Source: Heteronotia binoei
Taxonomy: Eukaryota
DNA length: 64,000 nucleotides
Assembly (NCBI RefSeq): GCF_032191835.1
Contig: NC_083227.1
Span: forward strand, 62,434,001-62,498,000
Direction: 5' to 3'
Shown here: in pieces, positions 36,338 to 49,500 of the stretch
Numbering within the stretch: the first letter of the stretch is position 1
Layout of the letters: each line of letters opens with the position of its first letter
Position numbers and translations under genes: made by a program
Notes under the pieces: model-generated
Told to the model about the DNA's origin: nothing
The model's input: only the letters and a program-made list of their open reading frames with translations
The model's database searches: none

Positions 36338-36556
36338 GTGGTAGTGAAAAGTGCCTTCAACTCACAACCCGCTTATGATGACCCCATAGGATTTTTAAGG
36401 CAAGAGACATTCAGAGGTCGTTTGCCATTGCCTGCCTCCACATCATGACCCAGGTATTCCTCGGAGGTCTCCCATCCCAATACTAGCCAGGGCTGATCCT
36501 GCTTAGCATCTGAGGTCTGATGAAATCATGCTAGTCTGGGCTATCCAGGTCAGAGC
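36338..36556 (-). mobile_element. 5S rRNA-derived SINE (5S-Sauria-like)
   Basis: Minus strand: gctctgacctggatagcccagactagc...cagatgctaagcaggatcagccctggctagtattgggatgggagacc (5S-like), followed by an RTE/Sauria-type tail. Confidence 0.85.
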
Positions 36557-39500
36557 CTTACCTAACATTAAGTTATAATACTTCTTATTTTCTAAAAAAA
36601 GAAGTTAATTTTCCACAATTACTATTTTTATAATAAGATTGAGAGTTCAATTTCTGCTTCACTGTGTCTATGCATTATGCTGTCATATCACATACATTAT
36701 ACAGTTTTAGTGCAGTGCTCTTTAATTTTGTAATTCCATTTTATTCACTTTTGATGTATGGCATGCTATTTTTATTGCATTGCAATAATTCTGTGATGTG
36801 TCTGAAAATAGACATATTATAAATAAATATATCAGTTGTTAAATGATTGTTTCAAAATGGTAACACACTTTAAAGAAGATCTGACATCAATAAACCAAAT
36901 ATTATTGGACCAAGCGGCAAATCCTACTACATATTGTAATTTATCTTAGATCAGCTTTTCCCTGACCTAATTCATCAGAAAGTACCCACTGTACTCTAAA
37001 AAATATTTTTGAGCTTAAACACTTCAGCACATTAGCTAATAAATTAGCACTGATGATAATACAGAACCATCAGAACCACAACAGGACACTACTTTGAAAT
37101 AGGTTTTAATACAGCATTACCATAATTATCCATACCTGTGCATATAAAAGAGGATTCATTCACTATGAAGAATTTCTTAGAAAGTAGCTATGGACAATTT
37201 TAAACCACAATACTGTAGTGCTGCTTTTCATGTTAATACCTCATAACCTTTTTGTCTGACATAGTCATGTGCCCAAGTAAACATCTTGTATTAGGGGACA
37301 AAAAAAATTAGAACTTTAGTTGTTCTGCCAGTCTATCTGACCTAGTTGCTTCCTTATCCACTTTCATAGGTAGAATTGAACTGCTATAAAATGGATATGA
37401 ACTATAAAACAAGACAGTTTCTATAACTATTCAGTTCACAGTACATCATTCATGATACTGTCCACGAGGGAGTGCTGTATACAGCTAAAGTATTGGAACA
37501 GAAGTACAAAGACTGGATCTGAGAGGTGGGCAATGTGTTACCAAAGAGCCATGATTTTCAGCAACCCCCACACTTGACTTTGGGCTCTAATGGATTGTAC
37601 ATGGGCCTATGTCAGACTAGCTTCTGGGCACTTGGCCCATCTGGACTGTCCTGTCCAAGCAAGGCTTAAGGCACCCCTCACATGGACTGTTGCACTGTTG
37701 CACTGTGGACTTTAGGACCTCAGGCCATGCTTCACCTCCAGCTGGCCAGCCATCCTGTTGCAGACCATTGCAGCCATGTCTTCACAAAGACAAGACCAGC
37801 AGCAGACTTGAGTGAAGCCATGTTTCTGAAGATTTCAAAACGACATACTATTTTCCTACAGCAGCCATGAAGAAGCTGAGTCTTTGCCACATAATTAGCC
37901 TTCCCTTCATTGCTACCTTCAATAAAGACCAAGCAGGTGAAGTTAGGACCCCCCCCCCACTCACCTAGGGAAGACAAACTAAAAAAGTACAGGAAAGTAA
38001 GTCACAGCAGGGAAACAGTTCTGAAAGACACTGACAGCTTCAACACCATAAAGATCCATCAACCATCTATCAAAACTGAATGAAAATCAAAGGAAAAATT
38101 ATTATACCTTTGTGATCCATTTTGCATGGCACAGTAGTGTTAGAAAAAAGTATTTTCTTTTAATAAAGTGTACTATCCCAATAATATTGATATCTACACA
38201 ATTTAATGGTTCTCCCATTACTAACATTTTGAGGGTGAGGCTATGTTAACCAACTTTTTAAACAAACTGCTGAAGAATTATGCATGACATTTCAACAACT
38301 GTAACCTAAGTTTCCTACCATTTATCATAAGTGGAGGGTAGCCTGTTGAATTATGATTTCTGCAACAGGACGATCAATAAAAATTCTATGCCAGTGGGCT
38401 ACTTGGTGTTGCAGAGGTAAATGCTGCAACCAGAAACTTAAAGTTCTGTTAATCCTGAGGCCATTTCTCCAACTGCAGTACAAAAAAGGTATGGTTTATA
38501 TGATAATATATTATATGAGCTAATATATTCTATGAGCTACAGTTTTTATGTGTGTATAAAAACAGAAGAATCCTTAGGGTTAGATAATGGAACATAAAAT
38601 GAAAATCGGAGAATAACTGATGAAGCACAAGTTCAGCATTTCTTAGGATTTCCAACACTAGACATATGGTTTCAAAGTGACCATTGTCATAGGATTAAAT
38701 AGATGGATGTATATACATCTTGTAGATCCAGCACCAAACAGGGTCGGTGGGGAGAGTGCAGAGAGACAAAGGGTTCACTTATTCACTTAAACCAGTAATC
38801 CAGCTTTATAACCCTAGTTTGAGATAACACACGCATGGTTTGGAATAAAATCTGCCACAACTTTATTGGTTACATATGTAAGAAACCTTGATACAGCATG
38901 GGGTACTGGACCCTGGAAATCGACTGACCTGCCTGCCAGTCAATGCTCCCTTGCCCACTCCAGTCTACCAACTGAGGTGGTGGGCACCATGCAGTGACAG
39001 GTTGCAGAATTCCACGAGGGCAGCTGCCCCAAAGTGGTTTCACCTGCCACCTGAGTGTGAAGGTAATCCCCAGCATCCCCCCCAGGCTGGGTCTTCCTCT
39101 TGAAACTCTCACCCCAAGATCCCCTAAGGGGATCCCCCTACTCAGGAAAATAGATACACGTCAGCTTTCCTGAGAATGGAATGGACTCCATGCTGATACT
39201 GCTGATGCCTATGTTGCGACAAGTAAAGATGAATTGAAATGTAATTTCCACATACAATCCCCCCACAGTCAAAATAGATCAGAAAGGCAAAAAAAGGGTG
39301 GGCAAAAACCCAGGAAGCAAAAGGACAGTGACCTGGGGCGGAACAGTGCCTTAAATGGCTGCATTGGCTGCCCCTGCCCCATAGTGTCCATTTTTCATGC
39401 TTGACATAGTCCATCCCCTATAAGCCAGAGACAGCCACCGGCATCACCCTCTCAGCACCACCCCCCCCTCTGCCAGGGCCACAAATGAGACCCACAGTGA

Positions 39501-40922
39501 GTCTGGGCCCTGGCTTTTGGAGCATAAAATAAACACACGGGTAGAGGACAGCTCGTCTTAATAGTTCAGATGCAAGTTTAGATTGGAACTACTTTTAATG
39601 AGCATTTATACTTTCTTATTTTTTGGAACGGGTATTTTTAATTAGCCATAGCACTGCTATTCTTACCAAGGCTATATGGTCTCTTTCGTTTCACTTCTTT
39701 ATAAGAGGTAAAAAATAGGCATCTAAGATCCTGTTTTGTATTTTGGATGCTAAATCATTCAGGAAGCTGGATTACATGACAACATTTTGCCACTTTCATT
39801 TATTTACTCAAATTAAAAGTCGTTTCTTTTGCCTGGGCCTCTGCCTCAAACTTCGGGTAATCTTTCTGACAACAATACAGTCATGCTTCAGATATACTGA
39901 CAAACCATGATTGGTCATTATAGAAACATGACTCTGATAAGCATTCTTCCTTTCTTCTCTTATCCTTGCACTCAGCTAGATAATTAAATAGATCCCTTTT
40001 TGAGGTAAACCATAGTTTACTGTTAAATCTGAACAACAAAGTATGGCTTCCTCTCTTCACTCAAACAGGGATTCCAGACCAGCCTCAGAAGCATCCATGT
40101 TTGTTTTGTTGGTGGTGACAAACATCAGCTTCTGAAACATAAAACATAAAGAAAAAAAGAATCTGTTAGCTTGCTAACGGCAGCTGAGTAATATCTGGGC
40201 TGATTTTTTTTTTAAAAAAATCTCCTTGCAGGTATGAGTCTGAGAGTGGCTAAAGGCATACACTGAAGGGCAAAAGTCAAAGGCTTGTTGCTTGGCTCTT
40301 ATGCAGTCTGTAGTCTATGATAGCCAGCCTTGAATAAGAACCCTCCCAGGACTTTTGTTTTCTTTGTTTGCCTTGTTTGGCTGTTTTAGAAGTTTCTGTA
40401 AGTTACCTGGGAGAGAAAAGTAGCACAAAAACGCTTCATATAAATAAATTTGTTCAAATTCTGCTCATGGTTAAAAATTCTGAAAAAGTTAACTGACAGA
40501 CCACCTGATTATAGATAGAGCCAATATTAACAGTAAGGAAATCATTTTGTAGTGGTTCGATTCTCCTTTAGCTTATGAACAGTTTGCTTATTTGCACAGC
40601 TTGCTTTCTTACTGAGATTGGGTTGCCATTTCTTAAATATATTCACTACATAAAGCCTATCAGTATTCCAAATACCCATCTTCCTCTTTGTGTCTGTTTG
40701 CAAATGTGCCATCTTTTCCCCTTGGAAAGTGCAGCTGCATATAATAACTAACAAAGGGAAAATGAAACTGTTTTAGTACACCATTAATGTTTAAACTTTA
40801 TACTACATGCTTACTTTTAATGGACTGAAGAGTTTAGCTTCACTATTTCAACATTTTATTTTGAAAGAAATAACTCTGCTGCTGTTCTAATTTAGAAATT
40901 ATAGATTAACATATATTCTTAC

Positions 40923-40977
40923 CTCCAAGGCAGCCAACAAAGGAAAGCAGGAACATCTGTTTCCATAGTAACATCAT
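40923..40977 (-). CDS. CNTN3: Contactin-3 first coding exon, CDS part (signal peptide), 55 nt, ends in phase 1
   Basis: Minus strand reads ATG ATG TTA CTA TGG AAA CAG ATG TTC CTG CTT TCC TTT GTT GGC TGC CTT GGA G|gtaaga = MMLLWKQMFLLSFVGCLG(G). This closely matches the recalled human CNTN3 N-terminus MMFPWKQLILLSFIGCLGG. Canonical donor GAG|GTAAGA, A at -3 of the ATG, and the 55-nt phase-1 first coding exon typical of contactins. Confidence 0.88.
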
Positions 40978-41055
40978 CTTCAGCTGCCAAAAATTAGAAG
41001 TTCTTGTCCAGACTCAGATGAACAGTACACTTAGTGTCCACACAGAACCTTTAAT
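40923..41055 (-). other. CNTN3: Whole CNTN3 exon (133 nt: 78 nt ATG-free 5'UTR + 55 nt CDS)
   Basis: Acceptor catgttgttttaacag|ATTAAAGG at 41055; donor |gtaaga after 40923; no ATG in the 78 nt before the start codon. Confidence 0.75.
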
Positions 41056-41372
41056 CTGTTAAAACAACATGAATGTACAAATGCTTTAATTACTGGATTC
41101 ACGGTATATAAAGCAAGTCACCTGTCAAATGAACTTTTAATGGAAACAGAGTGCCTCAAAGTGATAGAAATTATTTTCTCCCCCCCCCCCCCCCACACAC
41201 ACACAATTTAGGCTCTGGAAACAGAGCATCACACACCTTGCTAGCTAGCAATCAAGCAACCTTATCGCCTTTTTGGAGGGGGGGAGACTTTCCTTGCATA
41301 GCTTCAGCCCACAATCTAGTCCATAATGCTGACTCTTCAGTTTCAATATGGGAACTCCTATAGTAAATATGG

Positions 41373-43480
41373 AAGGTTTAAGGTTTATTGGATTTATATC
41401 CCACCCTCCCCAAGGAAGCAGGCTCAGGGCAGCTCACAACCAGTAAAATAATAACAATTGAACAATTAAATAGTTAAGCAAAACAAATTAAACTTTTAAA
41501 AACAGTTAAGAATAATTAAAACAGTCTGGTGCTAATCTTATTTGATTTTTCTTGCTTTAGATGGCGTTCAGTATATATTAGATGTATCGGTCACACCATA
41601 TCAGTCTTTCCATGTTAATTAAAGGCCTGCCGGAATAGGGTTGTCTTACAGGCCTTGCTGAACCGGGCGAAGTCCTGCAAGGCCCTAACTTCTTCCGGCA
41701 GCAATCCAGAAGGCCCTCTCTGGTGGACTTTAATCTGACCTCCCTCGGCCCAGGGATCGCTAATAGATTTTTCGTCCCAGATCTAAGTACCCTCTGGGGA
41801 ATGTGTGGGAAGAGACGGTCCCTAAGGTCCTCAGCCATATAAGGCTTTAAAGGTAATAACCAGCACTCTGTAGCAAATCCAGTATACTATTGGCAGCCAG
41901 TGCAGATCCCACAGCCCCAGCTGTATGTGTTCCCATTTGGGGAGCCCCAATAACAGCCTGGCCGCCGTGTTCTGCACTAGCTACAGATTCCGGGTTCGAG
42001 ACAGAGGCAGCCCCATGTAGAGGGCATTACAGTAATCCAATCTCGAGGTGACTGTTGCATCGATCACCATCGCCAAGTCACTGTGCTTGAGGAAGGGAAC
42101 CAACTGCCTCACCCACCTGAGATTTAAAAAGGTGGATTTGGCAGTGGCTGCTATCTGGGCCTCCATTGTCAAGGAAGGCTCCAGCAGCACCCCCAAGCTC
42201 CTGACCCTGGACGCCATTGTCAGCAGCGCCCCATCAAAAGATGATAAGGGAATTTCCCTGCCTGGACCACCACAACCAAGGCAAAGGACCTCTGTCTTCG
42301 TTGGATTCAGTTTCAGTCAACTCAGCCTGAGGCAGCCCACCACAGCTTGCAGTGCCAGGTCCAAATTTTCTGGGACACAGCCAGACCAGTTGTCCATCAG
42401 TAGATAGAGCTGGGTGTCAATGGCACTGCAAACTGTGACCCAGGCCAAACCTTCGGGCAATCTGAGCAAGGAGGCGCATGTAGATGTTAAACAACATAGG
42501 GGAGAGCACCGCCCCAAGGCACACCACAATTAAGTGAGTGTCTCTGGGATGACTGTCTCCCGATCGCCACCCTTTGTCCCCAACCATAAAGGAAAGAGGA
42601 AAGCCATTGCAAGGCCAACCCCTGAATCCCTGCGTCAGCTAGACGGTGGGTCAACAACTGATGGTCGACTGTATCGAACGCAGCCGATAGATTTAGTAGC
42701 ATCAGTACCGCCAAACAGCCTTGGTCCAGATGCCACTGGAGGTGATCCACCAGGGCAACCAGAACTGTCTCCATCCCATGACCTAGGCGGAAACCAGACT
42801 GCTGGGGATCTAGGATGGAAGCATCCTCCAGAAAACTCTGTAACTGTAGCACCACTTCCCTCTCAATAATTTTACCCAAAATGGGTAGGTTCGAGACCAG
42901 CCGGTAGTGTCCCAATTTGACCAGGTCCAGTGTAGGTTTTTTCAAGAGAGGGCAGACCACTGTTTCTTTCAGAGGCATTGGAAAAAGCCCTTCGGAGAGG
43001 GATCTATTTGAAGTCGCCCAGGATTAAAAGCCTTGGGTGTTCCAATGCCCAGCCTGTTACGGCCTCCATCATGGATGGTAAAGCGCTGGCTGGTGCGTTA
43101 GGCGGATGGTACACCAGCCATATCGCCAAACCCTCCCCAACATCCCACGCCAGACCAGCACATTCAATGCCATCGATCTCTGGAGACGGGAGAGCCCGGA
43201 AGGAGTAAGCCTCCCATATGAAAAGGGCCACCCCTCCCCCCGCTCGCTTGTCCATGATTGGTGAAAGACTGAGTATCGCGGGGAAGCTGCCTGGGAGAGA
43301 GCTACAGTCTCCCTGTCTCACACCCAGGTCTCAGTCATGCAAGCCAGGTCCATATGCTGCTCAAGCATGAAGTCCCGAAGGACTGCGGTCTTATTTTTTA
43401 TGGACCTGGCATTGCATAACACCAATGACAGAGGCAAGTAATTCAACCTGACCCCACTACCTGCTACCATTGGGATGGGA
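41373..43480 (-). mobile_element. L2-clade LINE, internally deleted and decayed
   Basis: Endonuclease motifs LCNARSIKNKT, CMTETW, GGGVAL and LILGDF are joined directly to RT (PLLKKP, YRLVSNLPILGKIIE, QSGFRLGHGMET, LSAAFDTVDH). YADD is degraded to SAID; SRLDYCNALY and a 3' tail are present. Confidence 0.9.
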
Positions 43481-43554
43481 TACTGGAAGGGGCTGAACAG
43501 ACTGGAAGATGCTGGTAGCTTATTCATTCAATTGAACATAGAATGTATTCCAAA

Positions 43555-43789
43555 AGAAGAAAAAGAGTTGGTTTTTATACCCCGGTTTTCTCTATCCCAG
43601 GATTCTCAAAGCAGTTTACAATATCCTTCCTTTTGCCTCCCTACAACAGGAAGGTAGGTGGAGCTGAGAGAGTTCTGAGAGAGCTGTGAGTGGCCAAAGG
43701 TCACCCAGCATGTTTCATGTGGAGGAGTTGGGAATCAAACCCAGTTCTCCAGATTGGAATTCTCCACTCTTAACCATTATTCTAACTGG
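43555..43789 (-). mobile_element. Squam3-related SINE (older subfamily)
   Basis: Reverse complement has box B-like gggtttgattcc and the same body architecture as the other copies. Confidence 0.75.
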
Positions 43790-44474
43790 TTCATCTGAAG
43801 GAATTGCGATATAGTTAACTCATTGAACAGGGTTCAGCAGAACTTACAAAAGACTATCTAGGTGTATGGAAATAAGCTTTTCAGTTTGGAGGAAAAAATA
43901 TAATACAAAAGTATAAAACAATATTGTTAATACACCAACAGTTCAGTCAAGCAAACAGAATTTTAAAACCCATATAAAATCCCATCAAAAGGCCTCTTCA
44001 AGCTTCTCTAAACCAAAGCACAACTCTGCAATAAAATCACATAAGGCATGGTAGCTTCTCCCAGCCATAGCCATGTGAAAGATTTTCTCACAGCTATCAT
44101 GCTTGTGGAGATTTCTTGTGTCTGATTTTCTTCCTGTTCTTCAGACATTCTGAATGTGCCTTACCACTTCATTGTGCCCTTAACCAATGGGTGCTGTTAT
44201 TTTCCAAACAGTATCACAAGAAATTATTTAATCATTATATTCAGAGAAGGAACATTAGTATTCTGTTTGGTGTAGTACCTGTACATTCTAAGTATTGCTA
44301 CAAAATAGAACATGAGGCTTGGAAGACCAAAGTAGCTATATTGCAAACTGAAATAAATTTAATATAGGTACCTGTAGACAGAAAATGTGGAATGTGTCAC
44401 CAAATAAAAGCACAAACAGTAAGATACAGAAGAAACAGCTCGAAGAAATAGCTCTGGATAATTTTGTTTGATTA

Positions 44475-44560
44475 AGAGTACAGTGACACCTTAAAGTCTT
44501 ACAACTGGTATCTAAAGAAGTGAGCAGTGACTCACAAAAGCTCGCACCGTACCACAAATC
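44475..44560 (+). mobile_element. Penelope terminal-repeat remnant containing a degenerate minimal hammerhead ribozyme
   Basis: agagtacagtgacaccttaaag followed by atCTAAAGA-a-GTGAG-cagtga-CTCAC-AAAA-gctc, against the recalled intact form CTGAAGA...CTCAC-GAAA-gctc. Confidence 0.65.
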
Positions 44561-45567
44561 TCATTCATTGTAACTTAAATATAAAGTTTCGCTCAAGGCA
44601 TACATGAGAAAGAATATTATTGAAAAACACACACATAAGCAAAATCAAATAAGAATTAAGTATCTAAAAATTGATTAAATCAAGTTTTTCTTTCCTTTTG
44701 GTAGCTAAAGTTAGCCAAGATTAACACAAAATCTTTTTTTCATTTATTGCCTATCCTATTTTATTGGTATGTGGTTATTTTATAAATCTCAATTATTCTA
44801 AATCCCCTTTCGAATCCGGGAAGTACAGGAAAGACTTATTTAGAAGATACCAGAACACATATCCATCTTTAATGTAATCTTAATGTTGCTCTGAAATGTC
44901 CCATAATTCAAAAGTGCAGATGGCTCATTTCTATTTTTCCTAGCTACTTCTGTGATTTTTAATGCAATTATTACCAGGGAAAAAAATTACCGGAAGCCTC
45001 ATTTAATATGTATACTACCTAATGAAGTCCAGTTTGCCACTGAACTAGTTGCATTTAGGCATACTGAAAACTTTGACAACATCACAATTACCAAGTGAAT
45101 TTATCTTGCTCAAACTCTGTTAGTTACATGAAAGGATCGCCTCAATGTTCCCTGGTGAAGTTTGTCTTCAGCATAGCATTGTATCAAGCAGTTTTCCACC
45201 AAAGCAATAACTGCTTGTACAAAGCCAGCCGTTACAGTTCCTTTTGCCCAGTCTAACAACCAAATGATCTCCTTTAACCAAGGCAGTACAGCCAAGAGTA
45301 ATGGTCAAATAGTTAAATAAACTATGTTGATAAACAGAATTTGTCACAGTCACCCCACTCTTTGCACCTGCATAGTTGAATACATCCTTTATATGACTAA
45401 CTTCAAGTAATTTACACTGTCTTTTACTCTTTCAGTCACTGACATTTTTAAAATGATTGCAAAAAGTGATCTGCATGATTAGCTTGGGCTTAAGGGCAAA
45501 CACCAAACACACCTAAGTAGCAAACCACAACTTTTACCACAACTTTTACTATATATATATATAGTAA

Positions 45568-46501
45568 AAAGCAGGCATTTAGAAGGCACTTAGTAAGACT
45601 GCTAAGTGCCTGGCTCCTAGGCTTGCCAGGACCTCAGATGCCAGTTTTGCAGGCTTCTCCCCCCCCACCCCCACCCCACACACACACATGCCAGCTGGCT
45701 GGCAGAGGGAAGTCTCAGCTCCAACAGCCACCATGTGCAGCCTTACCAAGGTAAGGCTAGAAGTAGCTTAGGAGCTGCTTCCTTTTTAGAAGGTGTATGT
45801 GCCTTTCAGTCTATAGAAGCCAGTCTGAGCTTGAAGGTTGCTACCAGTGCTGTGAATAAGAAAGATAAACTAGCCCCAATCCCCATGTGGTTTTATATAT
45901 ATATAAAATGACGTCTTTCCTTTTTATTATGTACTTTTTCAAAATTGGAGACAATGACAGATGAGCTACATGGTTAGAAGCAACAATAAAGGGGTCTAAT
46001 TTTTGCAAACTGAGCACATCAAATTTGTTCATACACATATAAATACCACTGAATGATTAGCTCTCTGCAGGTTCTTTTTTAACCTGAACTCACAGGAAGG
46101 GAGTTCTTACTACCATCCAGAGCATTCCAGCAGGCTTAGAGAGAAGGCAGGCAAGCCTGCTTTCACCAATCTAGCTTGGAGAAAGCAGCATTTAGGAGGC
46201 ACTTAGTAAGACTGCTAAGTGCCTGGCTCCTAGGCTTGCCAGGACTTCAGATGCCAGTTTTGCAGGCTTCTCCCACTCCCCCACCCCCCACACACATGCC
46301 AACTGGCTGGCAGAGGGAAGCCTCAGCTCCAACAGCCACCATGTGCAGCCTTACCAAGGTAAGGCTAGAAGTAGCTTAGGAACTGCTTCCTTTTTGGAAG
46401 GTGTATGTGCCTTTCTGTCTATAGAAACCAGTCTGAGCTTGAAGGTTGCTACCAGTGTTGTGAGTAAGAAAGATAAACTAGTCCAGTCCCCATGTGGTTT
46501 T
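45568..46501. repeat. ~320-bp direct repeat pair (45568-45894 and 46182-46501)
   Basis: The two copies align end to end with scattered substitutions. Copy 1 is flanked by (TA)n on both sides. Confidence 0.95.
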
Positions 46502-49500
46502 TTTTTCTCCTTTTAGAAGTCATTTGCACAGTAAAAACAGAGAAAAAGGAGTAAGCTAGATGGTTTCCCCTGTGTTAGTATGGATAACTTGGTTGAAACT
46601 TGGTTACATTTAAGAACTCTCCTGTGTGCTGTGTTTATGTTAGATGCTCTGTGTGTGTGTCTTAACTCCTTGAGCTATCCTCAGAAGTTTCTTCTGCATT
46701 TAAAAAAAATATATTATTAGTATTATTATTGTCTTCCTTCTTCAGAGTTCTTTCCACAGATCTTTGCGTCACTATGCTTTAAATGGTTCTTAATACATGG
46801 GCTGTCTTCTTTCTGACTGAATATGGTTATTATTTCCAATTTTGTCGTAGACATTACTCTACATTTCTTCCTTTTGCTTTGGGGAAGGGGGAGTTGAACA
46901 ATTATTTGGATGATTTGTAGTCTACTTGTGAATGCTTTTTTTTAAAAAAAAATGGTATATTTAGCTATCTCCTTCAGGTACCCCCTTACTTACTGAGCTT
47001 CCTATTGGTATTCAGACGTGGAAATCAGTTTCATATATTCAGTAAAACTGTTTTAGAAATATTAATTTCTCCCCTCAGGTTTCATTTTTGTATACAATTG
47101 TGTTTCCCACCAGTATTAGTACTTTATGATTTCCTTTCCTTTTGTACTGTCAGAAGCTTATTGAATCCAGAATCTTGAGCAGCAGAAGACACTTATTTCA
47201 TTTTTTTAAAATGCAAGTGCTAAAAGGACTGAAATAAATTTCACAATTGCTAGAGTGTTCTTAGGATCCTTATCACTGAGCCAAAGAGCCAGGTTTTCTG
47301 GAGTATTGGAAGGGGGGGGCTTATGATTTTAAATGAAACATGTTTTTCCATTTTTATACTTTTGCTTTATAATTAATTTCACACCTTTGAAGGTATATGA
47401 AAAACCCTTCTATGGTTTTGTTTCTGTTAGCTTCCTTTATTCCTCAGAGCATGTTCAGAAATTTAAACACATACAGTCCCTGAGTTTCTCAGTGTTCTGT
47501 TTCCTCTGTTTAAAAAAATTAGCAACATGGCAACCTCTGGTGACTGTGATGGAAACTTCTTTAAAGCTAAGGTCCTTGTGGTGTTTTTCTGCTGGAGTGA
47601 CTATAGTATCTTTACTCTAGAACTTCCAGTGTCAATCATCAGAAACTTTATGAGGTGAGTGTGGCGGGTGATGTCAGGGGGTGTGGTCTAATATGCTAAT
47701 GACTTCCTGCTGGGCTTTTTCTACAAAAAAGCCCTGCCTCTCTGTTCATAAGTAGAAATCAGCATGTGAGCTAAACCAACAGATGACTGAGCATTACTAG
47801 TCACTACTTCCTGCTGCCAGTGGGACTGTCATCACTATAGCTGTACTATGATTTTCTGTAATACCAAACAACATGACTGTTACTTTTGGGGAAGGGAGAA
47901 TGATATTATTCATTTCAAAATGTATATACCACTTTTTCATATGTCCTGTTCAAAATCCCCTGTGCTTATATGGCCAGCATAAAAAAGTAAGGAGAGGAAG
48001 AACATTTTATAATAGAATGATATGTCAGATTACTGAAAATCCTGCAAAGTTAAAACTATGCATGTGTAATCATTTTTAGGGATGGATGATACCTTTCCAG
48101 GCTCAGACTGAAAATTACACTGGAGAATCTCAGAAGATTAGTAGTGATAAGTTTTTTCAGTTCCTTATAGTTCAGGGCAATCTGCAAGAGACCAACTGCC
48201 CCCCCCCCCAACAGCATACCACCTTTCCAAATATTGCATTTGAATGTCATACACTTGGAACTTCATTTCCAAAACTTCATCTTGGTGCATTAGACAGCCA
48301 AAATAGTACACAAGGTGCTGGGGGAAGGAAAGACAGAAAGGTAGATTAGTAGGAAGCGGGGAGGGCCAGCCACCTGATAGTCCTCACCTACACACTGGCT
48401 GAACATCATAGTCAGCTTGCTTGCATAAGCCACAGTCATAATGTAAGTGGAGATGAGAAGAGAGTTCATTTCTCCAACTGTCTGTTATGTGAAAGAAGAA
48501 TTTGGGCTGCACTACCCACCTCTGAATTGAAGGTGAGCAGCAGATATGAGTTTCAATGGCATCTCTACACATTTTGCACAAAAAGTGTCCAATAATGGGG
48601 AAGTTATGATTTAGTTAATATGGCACACTTTACCTGCAAAACATTTTATAGTTCTTGACATGACACACTGGAAGTGGCACTTGCTAGGGCATGCTGGAGA
48701 CTATAGCAATTTGAATTCTCATTTTACTCATATTAAAGACAAATGGAAATGTTTATTCGTAGACTTCAGATAAAGGGACACTAATCTGAATTGCATGACT
48801 CAAGTGACAGTTTCATCACTTTCTTCCACTGACAGCTGCTGTTTGCATGGCTTTCTCGGGAAGAGAAAATAATTGAAAGTTTCATAAAACCATGCTACTG
48901 AATTACAATCATCATACAAAATACATGTTGATGTGAATCCCCTGGAACAAATGAGCATCCAAGCCCTGCTCTTTAGAACATTTGCTTTTATCTTAGAACT
49001 GCAGCCCCAGGAATGACTCAAGTTTGAGTATTAATAATTTTGCTGTTCAAACTCACTCAGGCATGGTACCATTCTATTTTTAAAACTGCAAACCTTGTAG
49101 TGCTGTTCCCATTGTACAACCAGGTCTGCTCTATAATTCCTTGAAAGTGAACAAAAATTTCATCATTATTCAATTACTTGTTGAGGGAATAGGAGTATTA
49201 TCACCATGACATGGAGGTCACTGGTACAGCAAGAGATGATATTACAAAGGTAAAGGAAAAAAATTACTTTTCCAATTACATTTGGCATGATTATTCAGCT
49301 CATGAAAATCTAGGGAGTTTTTAGACTATTCATTGACACAATTTGAGGACTCCAAACTTTACTAAACTTATTTCATTTTTAGCCAGAAAAGAAACATATT
49401 TTATATTTTCCATACAGCAGCAGATTACCAAAAGGTAACTGCAGGAAATTAGTCAGATTCAGAAACAGAGTTCTCACCAAGTATTTGATCCAAAGTTAAA

